NCBI RefSeq assembly: GCF_018350175.1
Contig: NC_058373.1
Location: 111,850,001 to 111,914,000 of the forward strand
Length of the DNA stretch: 64,000 bases
DNA from: Felis catus
Taxonomy: Eukaryota
Direction: 5' to 3'
Under the pieces are notes generated by a model that saw only the letters and a program-made list of their open reading frames with translations, had not been told where the DNA came from and ran no database searches. The translations under genes were made by a program, and so were the position numbers. Each line of letters opens with the position of its first letter. Position 1 is the stretch's first letter. Shown here piece after piece: positions 11,081 through 24,189 of the stretch.

Positions 11081-13064
11081 GTTTCAGAATAGGATTTGTG
11101 GGCTAGCTTAGGCAACGACAGCACTTATAACTTTTTTTTTTTCTGTGAACAGAGAATATTTCAGTGAACTTTTAGAACTCCTTTAAAAGTTGTAAAAATG
11201 AAAAAAAGTACATGAATAGGATGGATGACTGCCCTGAAACTTCAGAGAAAAGATAAATTACCATGACCTACGCTTCTCAGAAATGGCTTTGTAAGGCAAC
11301 AGGACAGAATTCACTTACCATTTATTGAGTGCCTAGTGTGTACCAGGATTTATAACAGGTGATTTGTTTAAAACATGAATTAAAAATGGTTCCTGAAGAA
11401 GACTCCACAGTCTGGTGGACCAAAGAGATAGCAAGGAGACCGGTAAAGTGCAAAGTGGTAAGTCCTCTAACAGTCACTATTTACATTTGGAGCGTTGATA
11501 TGAAATATGGAAAAGCCTTTGGAATTGAGAAGTTATAATGCACTTTTTTTTAGGGCAAAGTCGACCTACTCTTTAAAATTTCTTTCCTGTGCTTCCTTGG
11601 GATCAGTGATCATATCACCCCCCCCGGATGATGTTCATTTACAAAGGCAACCATTATCATTTGTAACTAATATGTAGGATCCTTGTAATTTTGATATTAC
11701 TTTGTTCTGTGAGTTCCGACATGAAGGAGAATACAATCAGCCTCAGTTCCAGAATATCTAGTACAGGTCAGGTTCCTCCAGGCTTTCAGGGGCAGGTGCA
11801 CAAGCTCAGAGGATGCCAAGAGCTCACCCAGAGAAGACGGAACAAGAAAGGTCACTGAGTCCATTTGTCTCATTCGGTATTGTTTCCTCCTTACCGCCTC
11901 CCTGCAACAAAACCATTCAACAAATCCACTCTCCCAGCCCAAGCTTCCTTATCTATTTGCAAAATTCAGCTTAAAGAATTAAAACTTAACTTTGTCAGTG
12001 TGGAAAGTCCCAGAAAGTTTTTGGGCAAGGATCTGAAATTATAAAAGTAGTCTTTTGGGAATAGGAATCTATTAATGCACAGTTGGGAGACTCTTATAAG
12101 AGTCCAGTCAGTCACAAGGGTGAGAAACTAGGCTAAAGTAGTGGTCGCAAGGGTAGAAATGGTATTCATTCTTGGTTTGTATTAAATCCTTGACTAGTAA
12201 CTCACGGACTGCCTCTTGGACATTATAAAGCAGACTGGGCTCTCCTCAAGTTATATTACCTCTCCTCCTATTATAATTGCACATTTATTTGTCTCTGCCA
12301 CTAGAATCTAAGTCCCCTAAGGCCGGGCACTGGTCTTTCTTGTTTATTACTGGCTCCCCAGAATCTAGCATTAATACCGTAGATGTTCAATAGATATTTG
12401 TTGATGGATCTCTGACTACATAGGAATGTTAAGAGAGTCCTGGAAAATGTCCCTTTTGGAAATCACATCCAAAACTACAAGAAAGACCTAAATTTACAGA
12501 TCTTCAAAGCCCATCACGCCCCAATCTTCATCAGCAAGTTTTAAGCCAGGCTCTCATTAAACAAAAAAGCAAAGGACAAGCCAGGCAAATTTGGCTTTTG
12601 CTGTTTTAATTTTCTCTTCAGTGATTTTAGCCTCGTGGTCATTTGTAGATCACAGAGTTTGACAACTTGTCTCTCTGCCTGTTTTGGATGCTAATTGTAT
12701 CTTTGTTTCTAATGACTTCACAGTTCCCATGGGGGCATACGGCAGGGTTCTGGCAAAGGGTCCCCGGAGCAGGCTGGCCATCAGTGTGATCACCATACTT
12801 TGTTTCCTGCTTGGACTCTCAAACAACTCAGCAGTTTCGCAAATATACAAAGTCTCCATACTAGAAAAAACAAAAGAAAAGAAAAAGAGAAAAAGAAAAA
12901 CCACTTGACCCACATTGGTGTTATTATAGCGAAGTCTCTTGAGAGATCTAAGAAAGCAGCAGTATTTTTTAATACTAGCTTCATCAATTAATATTTCTTA
13001 AGACTCCACTTCAAAACTTGCTACCCTGAGGCTACAGAAGCAAATGTCAGAGGAATCATGTACT

Positions 13065-13290
13065 GCATGATAATAACAGCCAACATTTATTAGTTCCTTG
13101 CGATGTGCCTGCTGATTTGCAAGCATTCTACCCACTTAATCATGAAAACAACAGTTGGAGTTAGGTACTATTGTTACCCTCCTTTTATGATTGAGGAAAC
13201 TGAGGCCCCAAAAGATTAAATAATTTGCCTAGAAGTGTCCCAGCTTGTAAGAGGGGACTCGGGGATTTGAATTTAAGTAGTTGACTCTAT
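13065..13290 (-). mobile_element. MIR
   Basis: AATAACAGCCAACATTTATT..GAGGAAACTGAGGCCCCAAAAGATTAAATAATTTGCC core. Confidence 0.8.
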
Positions 13291-13789
13291 GAAACCCCTC
13301 CCTATTGCATATTTTTGGGGATCTCCCCAGGGCCACATATTTAATTGGTCAAAATGTGCAAACTTCCCTGGCTGAGTTCACTTTCACCTAATTAACTGCT
13401 GGGAACAATCTCATTTATTAAAACATAGGCAGATAAGGGCTCTTTCATACATCTCCTGACTAGGGCTCCTTGGCACCCTCTGAAATGCGCCTGGTCGGAG
13501 GCAGAAGCATAATCTCCTCTACAATAGCAACTGACCCAGAGGGTAGGCACATGGGTGTGGGCCTCATTCAAACCACCACTTATGTGGCCCCTGGGTTTCA
13601 GAAGCTAAAAGTTTAGCTGCTAAGGCCCAGCTTAATCTGCTAGACACTCTGCTTTATCCCATGGATTTGACAGGTCACTGCCCTGCAAAAAGCCTTCAGT
13701 GGCTCCCTACTGCCTATTAAAATGCCCATATCCTTTTTTTTTAAATGCAATATAACACACACTAGAAATTTCATGAGACATACATGTTT

Positions 13790-14505
13790 TAAGATAATTA
13801 CAAAGCGACCATCCCTGTCCATCTGTGCCATCAAGTGATAGAGCCTTGTGTCTAGGAGACAATTATCAACATCTACTGACATCACAGAAAGAGATCATCA
13901 GATTTTATGGCCCTCCTGATGGAAGTTCCCAACCCCACCTAAATAGGAGTCTTCCCAAAAACATCGAACCCAAATCTGAGCAAGCTCCATACTGAATTAC
14001 CAATTTACACAAATACAGGGAGCAGAGGAGCATTAAGGGTTCCAGAGAAACAATTGGCAAAACCCAGACTTAGGTAAACTCTGTGGGACAAGTGGTGTAG
14101 TTTCTGCAACAACACCAAATTGCAAGAAAAAAAAGAGAGGAGGAAACTACTTAAAAGACCTGTCAACCGGGTTTGTATCCTGATTTGAACAAGACAACTA
14201 TAAAAAAACTTATGAGACAGTTGGGTATTGATTGCGTATTTGATGACATTAAGGAAATTGTTTTAAGTATGGTAATTGTATTGTGCTTATATTACTAAAA
14301 AGTCTTTACTGAAGTGCATTCCTATGAAATGATATGCTTTCTGGGATTTGAGTGGAAATGTTGCCATGGGGGTTCTAGTAGGAAATGGGAAGGGTTTTAT
14401 GTGAAACCATGTGTTGAGGTTTAAGGATGGGTGATGTGCACATGGGAGTCTATTAGACTATTCTCTCTTCTTTAATATGTTTGAAAACATCTGTAATAAA
14501 AAAGA
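13790..14505 (+). mobile_element. Ancient L1ME-type 3' UTR, flanked by L2 fragments
   Basis: GGGTTTGTATCCTGATTTGAAC, TATTTGATGACATTAAGGAA, GGATGGGTGATGTGCACATGGGAGTCTATTAGACTATTCTCTC..AATAAAAAA. Confidence 0.65.
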
Positions 14506-15530
14506 AGTTCTCTAAGGTGCAATTCAAATGCCACACAAATCAAAGGTAATCTTTCTCTCTTCAGCTAATTCACAGGCTTTCTTTGTTCTGGAATCACAGC
14601 ACTGAGTTCTCCTCATATGTGTTTCTCTGCACTTTTACCTTCCACTCTCTCCTTTCCCACAGCTTATCCCACAGCTTGGGGCAAGATCTTTGTCCTTGTT
14701 TTCCGCCCCCCTGGTGCCCAGCAAAGTGCCTGGCTGGCAGGTGTTCAATAAACATTTACCGAAATAAATGGAAAGAGACTCCAGAAAGCATCAAAAATAT
14801 CTTTAACACAACCACCAGCTGCCCACACCCCCAACCAGCCAGAGAGGAGGAACTTTTGAGGCAGGGATGACCTTCCCCTTTTCTTGTGTGGGGAAACTGA
14901 GGCCTGGAGAGGAGCCTGGGCAGGCTGACAGTCTCGGTGTGGGCTTCCTGTATGGCCTCAGTACCGCACTTGCCCTCCACCCCGCATTAAGTAAGCAGCC
15001 ACTAGTCTTGGAAGCCATTCCAGGGGTGGGCTTCTGGCTGCAGAGCCCTCAGTGAGGTTTCCTTCTACCTTGGTCCTCTCTGGCTTCTCTCTCTGCATGT
15101 GAAACCAGTGAGAAACTCCTAAGTGTTTGAGTAAGATCAGGATGTGTTAATGCCTACAAATAAGCATTAACGCCCCAGGAGATCAGAGATAATTGTGACC
15201 AAACAAATTGTCAGAGAATAATGCTGAGTGCTGGCAATTGCCTGGGACCATCTTTAGCTTCTTGTGACAGGAGTGCCCCAGCAGAGGGTATGCTCTGCAG
15301 GCATTAGTGCATTCCAAGAATACCATTCTCTGTCACCATCACCTCGTAATCATTTCCTTTTCCTTTCATTATGATTATCGGTTAACGTCACTGGCCACTA
15401 TTTCTCAGTGTCATTATAGGCCATTATATTTATAACAGCTGAGCACCACACGATTAAAACAGGCATTTCTGGGGAGGAAACAATCTAAGAATCACAGTGA
15501 CATAGCAACTGAATTAAGTTAGAAGCTGGT

Positions 15531-15758
15531 ATTTTTTTAAATAATTTTTTTTAATGTTTATTTATTTTGAAGAGAGAGACAGAGAAAGAGCATGAGCAGG
15601 GGAGGGCAGAGAGAGAGAGGGAGACACAGAATCCGAAGCAGGCTCCAGGCTCTGAGCTGTCAGCACAGAGCCGGACGCGCAACTAGAACCCATGAGCCGT
15701 AGGGTCATGACCTGAGCCGAAGTCAGACGCTTAACCGACTGAGCCACCCAGGCGCTCC
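15531..15758 (-). mobile_element. Can-SINE (feliform SINEC)
   Basis: Full-length antisense copy; TSD AGAAGCTGGT at 15521-15530 and 15759-15768. Confidence 0.95.
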
Positions 15759-18700
15759 AGAAGCTGGTGTTCATGAAAAGCAAACCTGCAGTTTGGGGGC
15801 AGCGTAACAGAAAACACACTCTCTGCCTGTTGGAGGGGGCTACAACACTTAATCACTCTATTTGAAAAGAGGGTGCAGTAGTTGAAAATGGCACTGAAAA
15901 GAGACATGGAAAATAGGAGAATGGCTTCTAACCCTAAGATTACAAGGGTAGTGTCTCCTGGAGAAAGACGAGACCCAATTAGGAACGCTGATTTCTAACT
16001 GTGGTCTGTACTTCTCCATCAACTCAGAAGATTAAAGAAGAAGAAGAAATAGGCCTCATCAAGAGAGATTTCAATTAGAATAAAACTGTGCCCATGATCA
16101 CAAGCCAGAACAGGCTTTCAAAAGAGGTAATTGAGTCCATTGGCTCATATCTTTGGAAACAGAACGATTCCATTTCTACTACATGATCTAAGAACAGGTG
16201 CACTCGGGGACATTTGGCTAAACCGGGTGACTTCCAACTCTGACTCCCACCATTCCTCAATGCTGTCTCTAGCCTAGAGTTATACATCAGGTGCTGGGGC
16301 ACTTTCGGCTTCCCCCCTCACACCCCCCACGGGAAGGCACATGGAGTCATTCACACAGGAGCAGGTGTGATTTAGCAGCGCTTGCTGGGTTCACAGATAT
16401 TGGCCCAAACCCGAGGCTTGTGGCTGCCAGCTCTGGCCACGAGACCGAGCAATTGGCTCACAGGATCTGGAGCTCATAGCTCCACCATCTAAGGGGTCAT
16501 GGGCAATTTCACTTTGCACATTCTGAGTGCCACCAAACTCAGGATTACTCAAGGCAGGCCCACTGCCTCTCTCCCCACCCAGTTTTCATAAAGAATTTGG
16601 GGTTGAAACGGCCTTATAAATGACCTTTTCATTTTGCACATGAATAAATGGGCTTGGGGAGATGACCCGTCCCAGGCCTCAAGCCAGCAGTTTCCTGACA
16701 CTGCCTAAGTTACTCCGTCTCCTTAATAGACAAGGAATTGAAGATCAACTCTTAGGAAGAGTGGAGCTCAGCTCAATTTCAACCACAGGCAAAAGATGGG
16801 TGAGTTTTGCAAGCTGCAAGTTTATTCTTTTTTTCCATCCCCTGAGCTTAAAAGAGTAAAAGGGAAAGACTGACGCTGTTGGAGCAAAGGACAGAGATCT
16901 GGACTTCTGGGAAGGCCACAATGGAAAATTTCTTCTTCCCCATCCTGGAGATGGACTAAATTGGCAAAGGAGTAGGAGTTACATCTACCTTATCTCTGCC
17001 TCATCAATCTTTCCATTTAACATTCACACGTAAGGACCCACTACGTGATGAGCACTGTCCTCAGAGGAACAATAGACAAAGATATTAAATAAATATCTGG
17101 CCTCAGGGAGCTCACAAACAGGAGGGTCATAGAGTCATGTGGTGCAAACATGTAGACACCTAGGGAACTAGGCCATCAAAGAAATCTGACTTTGAGTCTG
17201 GCAAATCAGCCTGAAACCAATGACCTGGGCACAGCTCATAGCCAAGTGCAACCATGAATACTGGATCTATTCTTACCACTTTTGTTAGTTCTTTTTCTTC
17301 TTCTCAGAATCTTAAGACTGGGATCAACACTGGAGATCATCAAGCCCAACTACCTTCATTACACAGATGAATAAACCAGCTAGGGTAACAGAGGTGCTAA
17401 ATGAATGCCCCATGTCAGGCGGGGCCTGGACTGAAACACTCCCCACAGTGAGCAGTGGAGCTTCCCTAGGCACATGAGCTGAGCTGCTGCTTTCCCGGTC
17501 CTTCCTGGTCCATTGTCAGGAGCCAAGACCCAGTACAAAGTTGGTTTTTAGGCAGAAACCTGCTAAATGTAGACACACTGAATTATTCATATTGGGGCTC
17601 ATAAATAATGTATTGGGTGTTAATATCAGATGTGTAAATGCATCCATAACCCTAGAGGTGATTAGTCACTGTTATATCTTTCCCAGAGGTAACAGATTAC
17701 CTGGCCTAGTGTCCTTGACTAGCTCCTGTCCTTGGGGATGGCTCCCCTGCAGAGCACTGCGCCCTTCCTATCTCTATTAGTCTCATGCTAAACAGCAGAT
17801 GTCTGGGTTAGGAAATAGTGCCACAGAGCCCCAGCGTACTTTCAGCCACTAGCTGCTTTATTTAGCATCCAGCCGAGGTGTGCGAGGCTTCCCACGCGCC
17901 AAGGCAAAAAGCGACTGCTTGACAGTAAGACTCAATGTCTTGTGACAGAGCCCCCTGGATCCGCAGGCCCCCTTCCCTCTGCCTCACTAGGGGAGTCTAC
18001 TTAGATGGCTTCATTTTAGGTTGACAATGTATAGCAAACGCGTTCTCTTCAGCCATCTTTTGGTACACATTTTACTAGTGTTTAAAGATAATCAGGGAAA
18101 GTGTAGGTCATTCTTTGAAGGCTAGGTATTGCATTGCATTAGGGGGTGGTGATCTGGGGAGGTGGTAGTCTCTCAAAGATTGTCCCAGGACTAACTTCCT
18201 TCTAGGGGAAGGAACCAGAATGGAAGATACTGGTCCAAGAGATGGCAAAAGTAACCCAGTGTTCACCTTGGTCCAAGACAGGAGAAGAGAAGTGGGACAG
18301 GTAGTTGTTATCATCTCTAAGGTGAAAAGACTCTGAGAAAGAGAGGAGGAGGAGTCACCCCCACCCTTGTGGCCTTTAGGAGAGGACCTCTGTGTCACGC
18401 TAATGAACACCTGACTGGTAGCCAAGGCTCTTTCAGGCCCCTGTAGTCCAGACCAACCACAGTACAAGGGTCTTGTTTTTCACTTTTGTCTCTAGGTTCG
18501 AAGTCAGATCCTAAGCCTCAAAATTTAATCCCTAGAGGCAAGAAGCAGCAGTGCCCTTCTCCTTTGGAAATGGAGCGAGGGAGGCTTTGCGCTCCCCCTA
18601 TGGGCCAAATGAGCCTTCAGTGTGTGAAGCAGACTGTGGCTTGTTAACTAGGGCTCTGCCCAACCACTGGCATTTTGTCCCAGACTTGCAGAAGGGCAAA

Positions 18701-18879
18701 GGATGAGGTCTAAACTCCCGGTGCTTTGTCATGGCGACAGGAGCACCCACATTGGTCAGGAGGTCCCCTTCTGGCCACTGGCTTCTGGAGAGGGTCACTG
18801 GGAGGCAGAGGGACCTCTCCACTGGGCATTCTGCTAAGTGATGGCTCTGAGCCCCAATTGGGCTCAGCCAGCAAACTGG

Positions 18880-18881
<2 letters not shown>

Positions 18882-18918
<37 letters not shown>
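18882..18918. repeat. (TG)n microsatellite
   Basis: Uninterrupted TG run. Confidence 0.95.
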
Positions 18919-18921
<3 letters not shown>

Positions 18922-21900
18922 CCTCTGCAGCACCCACTCTTACCAGCGGTGTGAAAACAATAGTATTATGGCATTATTACAAGGGGGCACTGACATGTTG
19001 ATGCAAATGCTCATTTCCGACAAGACTGAGAGAATGAAAATGGCTCAGAAGGGAATGGGGAAGTGTCCAGGGAGTAATAACTGTTATGCTATCAAAGAGT
19101 TTCAACAATGGATAACTCTGCTGTGATTTCATCAGCCAAAAACCAATTAACCCCTGCAGAGCTATCTACTGCCGAGGCTGGGCTGCGTACTGGGAAATGC
19201 TCCCAGCGATCTTCTGCACGCCCCTTTCATCAGTGAGCATTAGAGTTGGGCTGGTGCCAAGGTGGGAAATGTCCACGAAGGTGCACTTCATGAGACCGCC
19301 GAATCTGATAGGTGAGGCCCCTGTAGTTGTCCAGTACCCACCATAGACTCCCGCCCAAGGACCAGGGTGGGCGAGGAGTCAGTCAGACTGTCTGGTGTCT
19401 CCCAGTCTGGGCAAGAGGAGATGAAACAGGAGTTTTTTGGATGGATGGAGGCCAGGACACCTTCCTGGGAAACTCCCCCTCCCATGGCGCCTGCTCTTTA
19501 GAAGGTCTGCATTCTACCAAGCGGCTCTGTTCCCTTCCTCTTAGGAGGACATCAGCAGGCCCAGAAGAGGGCACGGACCCAAGCACAGCCTCTCCATAGC
19601 CTGCTCAGACCGAGGCCCGGCAGGACAAAGTGCCCAGAGCCCATCAGATTCCCTCTCGTGTTACCTCAGGCTAGAAGATGTCAGAGCCTGGGCTGTAGGC
19701 GGGTGGAACCGAGGTCAGGAGGTTGGGAAAAGCCTTGAAGGGCCAATGCAAAGCAGAGTGGAGAAGGAGCAGAAAGCAAGCTCACAGAGGGGCCAGCTGG
19801 AGAGAGGGAAAAAACCTCCAACAACACAGAGCAGAGAGAGGCTGAGAAGAGTCAGGCAGCTTTGGAGGGAGGAGGAGAAAGCCCCCGCTCCTAGGATCTC
19901 ACCTGCCTTGGATCCTGTCAATTCTCACAGATGCATCCAGCTTCTCTCCAGGTGCACTTTGCAGTGACCACACTCACCTCGCCTTTGCTCCAGGTGGTTT
20001 GAATGAGCCTTTGTTTCTGGCAACCTAAAATGCTTCCTTGGAAGAATGCGGCCAGGGGCAGAAAGAGCCACCTTTCAAATAGAGCCATAAAAAACACATT
20101 CAAACATCAGGATGTAGCCTCTGGCCATGAGCCTGGAGAAGCTGGAGTTGACACAAACAGGGTTCAGAATAGGCAAGGAGAGTCCGGGACAGAACTGTCC
20201 AAACAACGTGTGGTGATTGCCCACTTTTTCCCCCTCCAATCCATTGCAAACTGATTTCCCAATTCACGAAATGCAGCAACAATGTGGTGGCAGTGTCAAA
20301 TTGCTATAAAAGCTTTGCAGCCACTTAACTCAGGAATCTCATACCGCTGGTAACACGTGCACAGATCAGGGTAATCTTGGTCTAAGAGATTGTCACAGCA
20401 GAGTCGAGAGGTCTGAGGCTTCTGGTTTTTGGCTGCCAGCTACAGCTGGTGGCTGAATAGGGTTGGCACAAAGAGGTGGCTCTCGCTGGGGGTGGTATTG
20501 GCCCCTGCCCCTGCCAGAGATGCACAAAAACGAATTGTCCCGCCATAATGCCAGAAGCACCCCTGTTGACAAACACTGGTTTGGGCTTCAAGATCAGGGA
20601 GAATGCCATCCTCTGCAGAAGGCCCTTCAGCAACCCCGCCGACAGATGGCCTGTTAGCCAACATCTCTGCCCAAGAACGATAGGGATCCTGGGCCCAGGA
20701 CAGGGCTGACGAGAGGGTGTTAGAGAGAGAGCAGAGCTCTGGGCTCAGAGCCAAGTGGAGACAGAAGCACCCAGGGACAGATAACCTAACCTTTGACAAA
20801 CTGCAGTGGCTTAAGAATTGTCAGCTCAGACAGAACTGCCTACATCCATTTAATTAGATTTTAATTTCTCTTTACACATTGGGTTTTCAAAGATTCTAAG
20901 AAGTAATTATTTCCAGTATCAATTGACTAGGAGGAACAATCCCCAACTTAGAATAAGCAGCTTAGGGAGGCCTGTCTCATCCCTGTTCAAACACGGGTGC
21001 CTTCCAGAAGCTGCCGGGATGCCTCACAGTCCCGCTGAGGCTGGAGCAGGGTGGGGGCCGGGGCGGGGGGGGGGGGGAGATGCGGACACCTGGCTGGGAG
21101 AGGGTAGGAGGGGGAGCCGTGGTGGGAGGAGGAGCGCTCTCCTGTGTCTGTCACCGCAGAGTCTGAGGATGATGAAAGAGGGGACAGGAACTCAAGCAGC
21201 CCCAGGTATGATGCCAGTGGGTGCAGACATATAAGCAGCAGGGCCTTAGTGTCTGATGTCTAGTAAAAAACTGTCTGCACCTGGATAAAAAGTGAAGTCC
21301 TCTTTGTCTCCGAATTACTTTTTGGAAGAGAGTCACTTACCTTATAATGGAACCCTTACAAAGTATCTCACAGTAGAGGGCATGTCCTTCAGTTACCTTG
21401 CTTTGAACCCCAAACACTGGAGAGGAACCTCTGGTCGACTCAATTAAGAAACAGAAGACAAAGAAACATAATGGAGTTTAAACTCCATTACCTCGCTGAG
21501 TGTGTAATTTCACAATTTCAGCTCCATTATTATTTAGCTGTTACTTATTAGTTTTAGCTCCATCTATTATTGCTGAATGGGTAACCTCACAACTGCAAGT
21601 GTGGTTCATCATCATAAATAAGCTTTTTCAAGACTCACTTGAAGGAACAGTACAGGAAGGGGTTGGTAGGTTGTAAAAATCAAGACTGTGCTCATAAGCA
21701 GGAGTAATATTTGAAAAATCTAAAAATTAATCAGAACAAAGCGCAGAGCAATCAGAATGAAGTGAGGGTCAGCCTCGCCTATCAGCAGTCGGCCAGCCCT
21801 GCCCACAACACACACAGACAGTCAACTGCCTTAATGTTACGCAAATGCATCTTTTGTGGCACAGGACAAAACGTCCAGCGACCGCCTGATACCAGGATTG

Positions 21901-22319
21901 CAAAAGCGGTGTATTTCGATCAGTGAACAGCCATGCAGGTGGTCTGTGCCCGACACCTGTGCACATGTCACCAAATGAGGCTTTGGGGATGTGAAGACGA
22001 GAATGTGGTGGTGTGTGTGTGAGAAGTCAAACTAAGGTTGTTTTGTGGAGTATGAGCAATGTTTCTGAATTAATATGCTACTCTGTAATGCATAATTTTA
22101 AAAATATATGTGTGACTAAAGAATTAAGTGTGACTAGATATTTTGATTATATTATTTGTATTTCTAAAAGCCCGTAGGTTCAAGCTGGCAACTCAGTGGG
22201 ATTCCTTCCCACTTGTGTATTTGGAGGTTTTCTTACAGATTGGCCCAGGTGACGTCTGACGACTGGATGGACAAAAGAAAGAATGAATGTACTTTACGTG
22301 GATGCCAAAACCACCCAAG

Positions 22320-22465
22320 TTTAAGCATTAGAATCCACTGGAGGAGCTCAAAAATATGTGTATGTACTTTCAGATTCCACTCTGGAACAAGGAAATCAGA
22401 ATTTCTGAGGGTGGTGCTTGGCTTCTGGTATCTGGAAAGCTCATTAATTGATTCTAAAGTGCTCT
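22320..22465. mobile_element. MER5-like hAT-Charlie MITE
   Basis: GCATTAGAATCCACTGGAGGAGCT..AAATCAGAATTTCTGAGGGTGG..TGATTCTAAAGTGC. Confidence 0.5.
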
Positions 22466-22466
22466 A

Positions 22467-22582
22467 GGGGCACCTGGGTGGCTCAACTGGTTGAGCATCC
22501 AACTCTTGATTTCAGCTCAGGTCATGATCCCGGGTTCATGGAATTAAGCCCTGTGTCATGCCCAGTGTAGATCCTGCTTAAG

Positions 22583-22654
<72 letters not shown>

Positions 22655-22679
22655 ACCCTCTGCCCTTCCCCTGCTCAAG

Positions 22680-22713
<34 letters not shown>

Positions 22714-22733
22714 ATCAAAAAAATATTTTTAAA
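22467..22733 (+). mobile_element. Can-SINE (older CTCTTGATTT type) with expanded (CT)n
   Basis: GGGGCACCTGGGTGGCTC head, long CT tracts, TSD core GTGCTCTA on both sides. Confidence 0.9.
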
Positions 22734-22769
22734 ACGTGCTCTAACAGGGCTATTTCACATCTTTTTAGG

Positions 22770-23025
22770 GGAGGCATTCAGTGAAGGTTCGTGGTTAAGA
22801 ACCAGGGATATGGACGAATTCAAATCCTGGCTTTTTCGCTAACTACCTGTGTGACCTGGTAAAATTATCATATTTTCTATGCCTCAGATTTCTTACACAT
22901 AAAATGAAAATTAAAAAAAAAAAAGAGGACCAACTTAGTGAGCAGTTGTCATGAAGATTAGTAATTTAATACATAAAAAGAGTAAAGAACAGTGCCTGAC
23001 ACACAATGGGAGCTCGACCCATGCT
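22770..23025 (+). mobile_element. MIR
   Basis: GTGGTTAAGAACCAGGG..TTCAAATCCTGGCT..TGTGTGACCTGG..TGCCTCAGATTTC..AGAACAGTGCCTGACACA. Confidence 0.8.
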
Positions 23026-23679
23026 AGTTTGTATGACCCCAGGAGTGAGTGGAGCAGATGTGCCTCCTACTGCTCACTCTCCCAACCATGGCATCTCTAC
23101 ACTCTGCCCTACCGTGGTCCATCATCTAGCATGGCACTTTTTAAGGAGAGGAGATGGTAAATGGGAAACTGGAGTGGATGTGGAGAACTAGGAACCTGTA
23201 AGTGGAACAGGGTTGAAAAGGCTTCAACACAGTGTCGCAGCCCGGCTCGCCTCATATCCCTGGGCAGTGGCTAGAATGGGAAGGGCCAGATGGTATCTGG
23301 GGGGAAAGAATGCAGCTAAAGCAGCCACCTTAACCTCACGACAGAGTGAGGCATGTTTCTTCAGAGCATCTAAGCTCCCCACCCTTTACTACTTCCTGAG
23401 TGGCCATTCCTGCTGGTATCCATTCTCTCTCTGGTCAGGGATTGTGGCCCTTTTCTATATTTAAAGAGGCAGTAGCCCCATGCATGATGAGGTCACCCTT
23501 TAAGGCTCTTGGTGTGAAACATATCTCCTAGGAGACTCTAGGGACACTGGTTTACATGTGGGGGTGGCTTACTAGACAGAATCATGCAAGTCAAAAGATG
23601 GCTGTGTCCTGGGGACTTAGCTTAGCTCTGAGAGAGAAGGCCCACTTCCTGTCTCCATAGTACAGTGAGAAGCTGGCTA

Positions 23680-23900
23680 GATAACATTGTTATCGGAAGC
23701 ATGCATTGGGAAGCCTGTTGGTTTGAGTTCAACTCCATCACTAATTAAGTGTGATTTAGGGCAAGATGCTTAACCATTTTGTGCTCAGTTTCCTCAACAG
23801 AAAAATGGGTTTTGTGAGGACTAAATGAATTAACATATATAGAACATTTAGAACAATGTCTGTCACGTAGTGAGTGATATATGAGTATTGACTGTTATTT
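23680..23900 (+). mobile_element. MIR
   Basis: TGTGATTTAGGGCAAGATGCTTAACC..CTCAGTTTCCTC..TGTGAGGACTAAATGA. Confidence 0.8.
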
Positions 23901-24189
23901 TTATAATTTTATGCTGTGAAGATGTCAGTGTCCTATTGGGCACACATTTCATTTTTAATTCCATTTTCCTTTCCTTTCAGATTCCACTAAATCTCAAAGG
24001 ACACGTCACTGTAGTATCTCCAATCCATATCAAGTCCTTTTTCTGTGTTTTAATGAAGAACTTTTAGAAATATCTTTGTGTCCTAGAGTGTTGTCACTCT
24101 TAGAGTGTTAACAATTCAATAAGGCTGAAAGGAAACCCACACTGTCCATTTCTGGTGCATTCTCCATATATCTGAGAACTTCATCTGTT

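Noticed and set aside
20303..20312. TATA-like CTATAAAAG
   Set aside because: No CpG island, downstream exon or other promoter support; expected by chance
23960..23985. Strong-looking splice acceptor TTTTCCTTTCCTTTCAG (similar ones near 25997 and 31370)
   Set aside because: No matching donor or coding frame found
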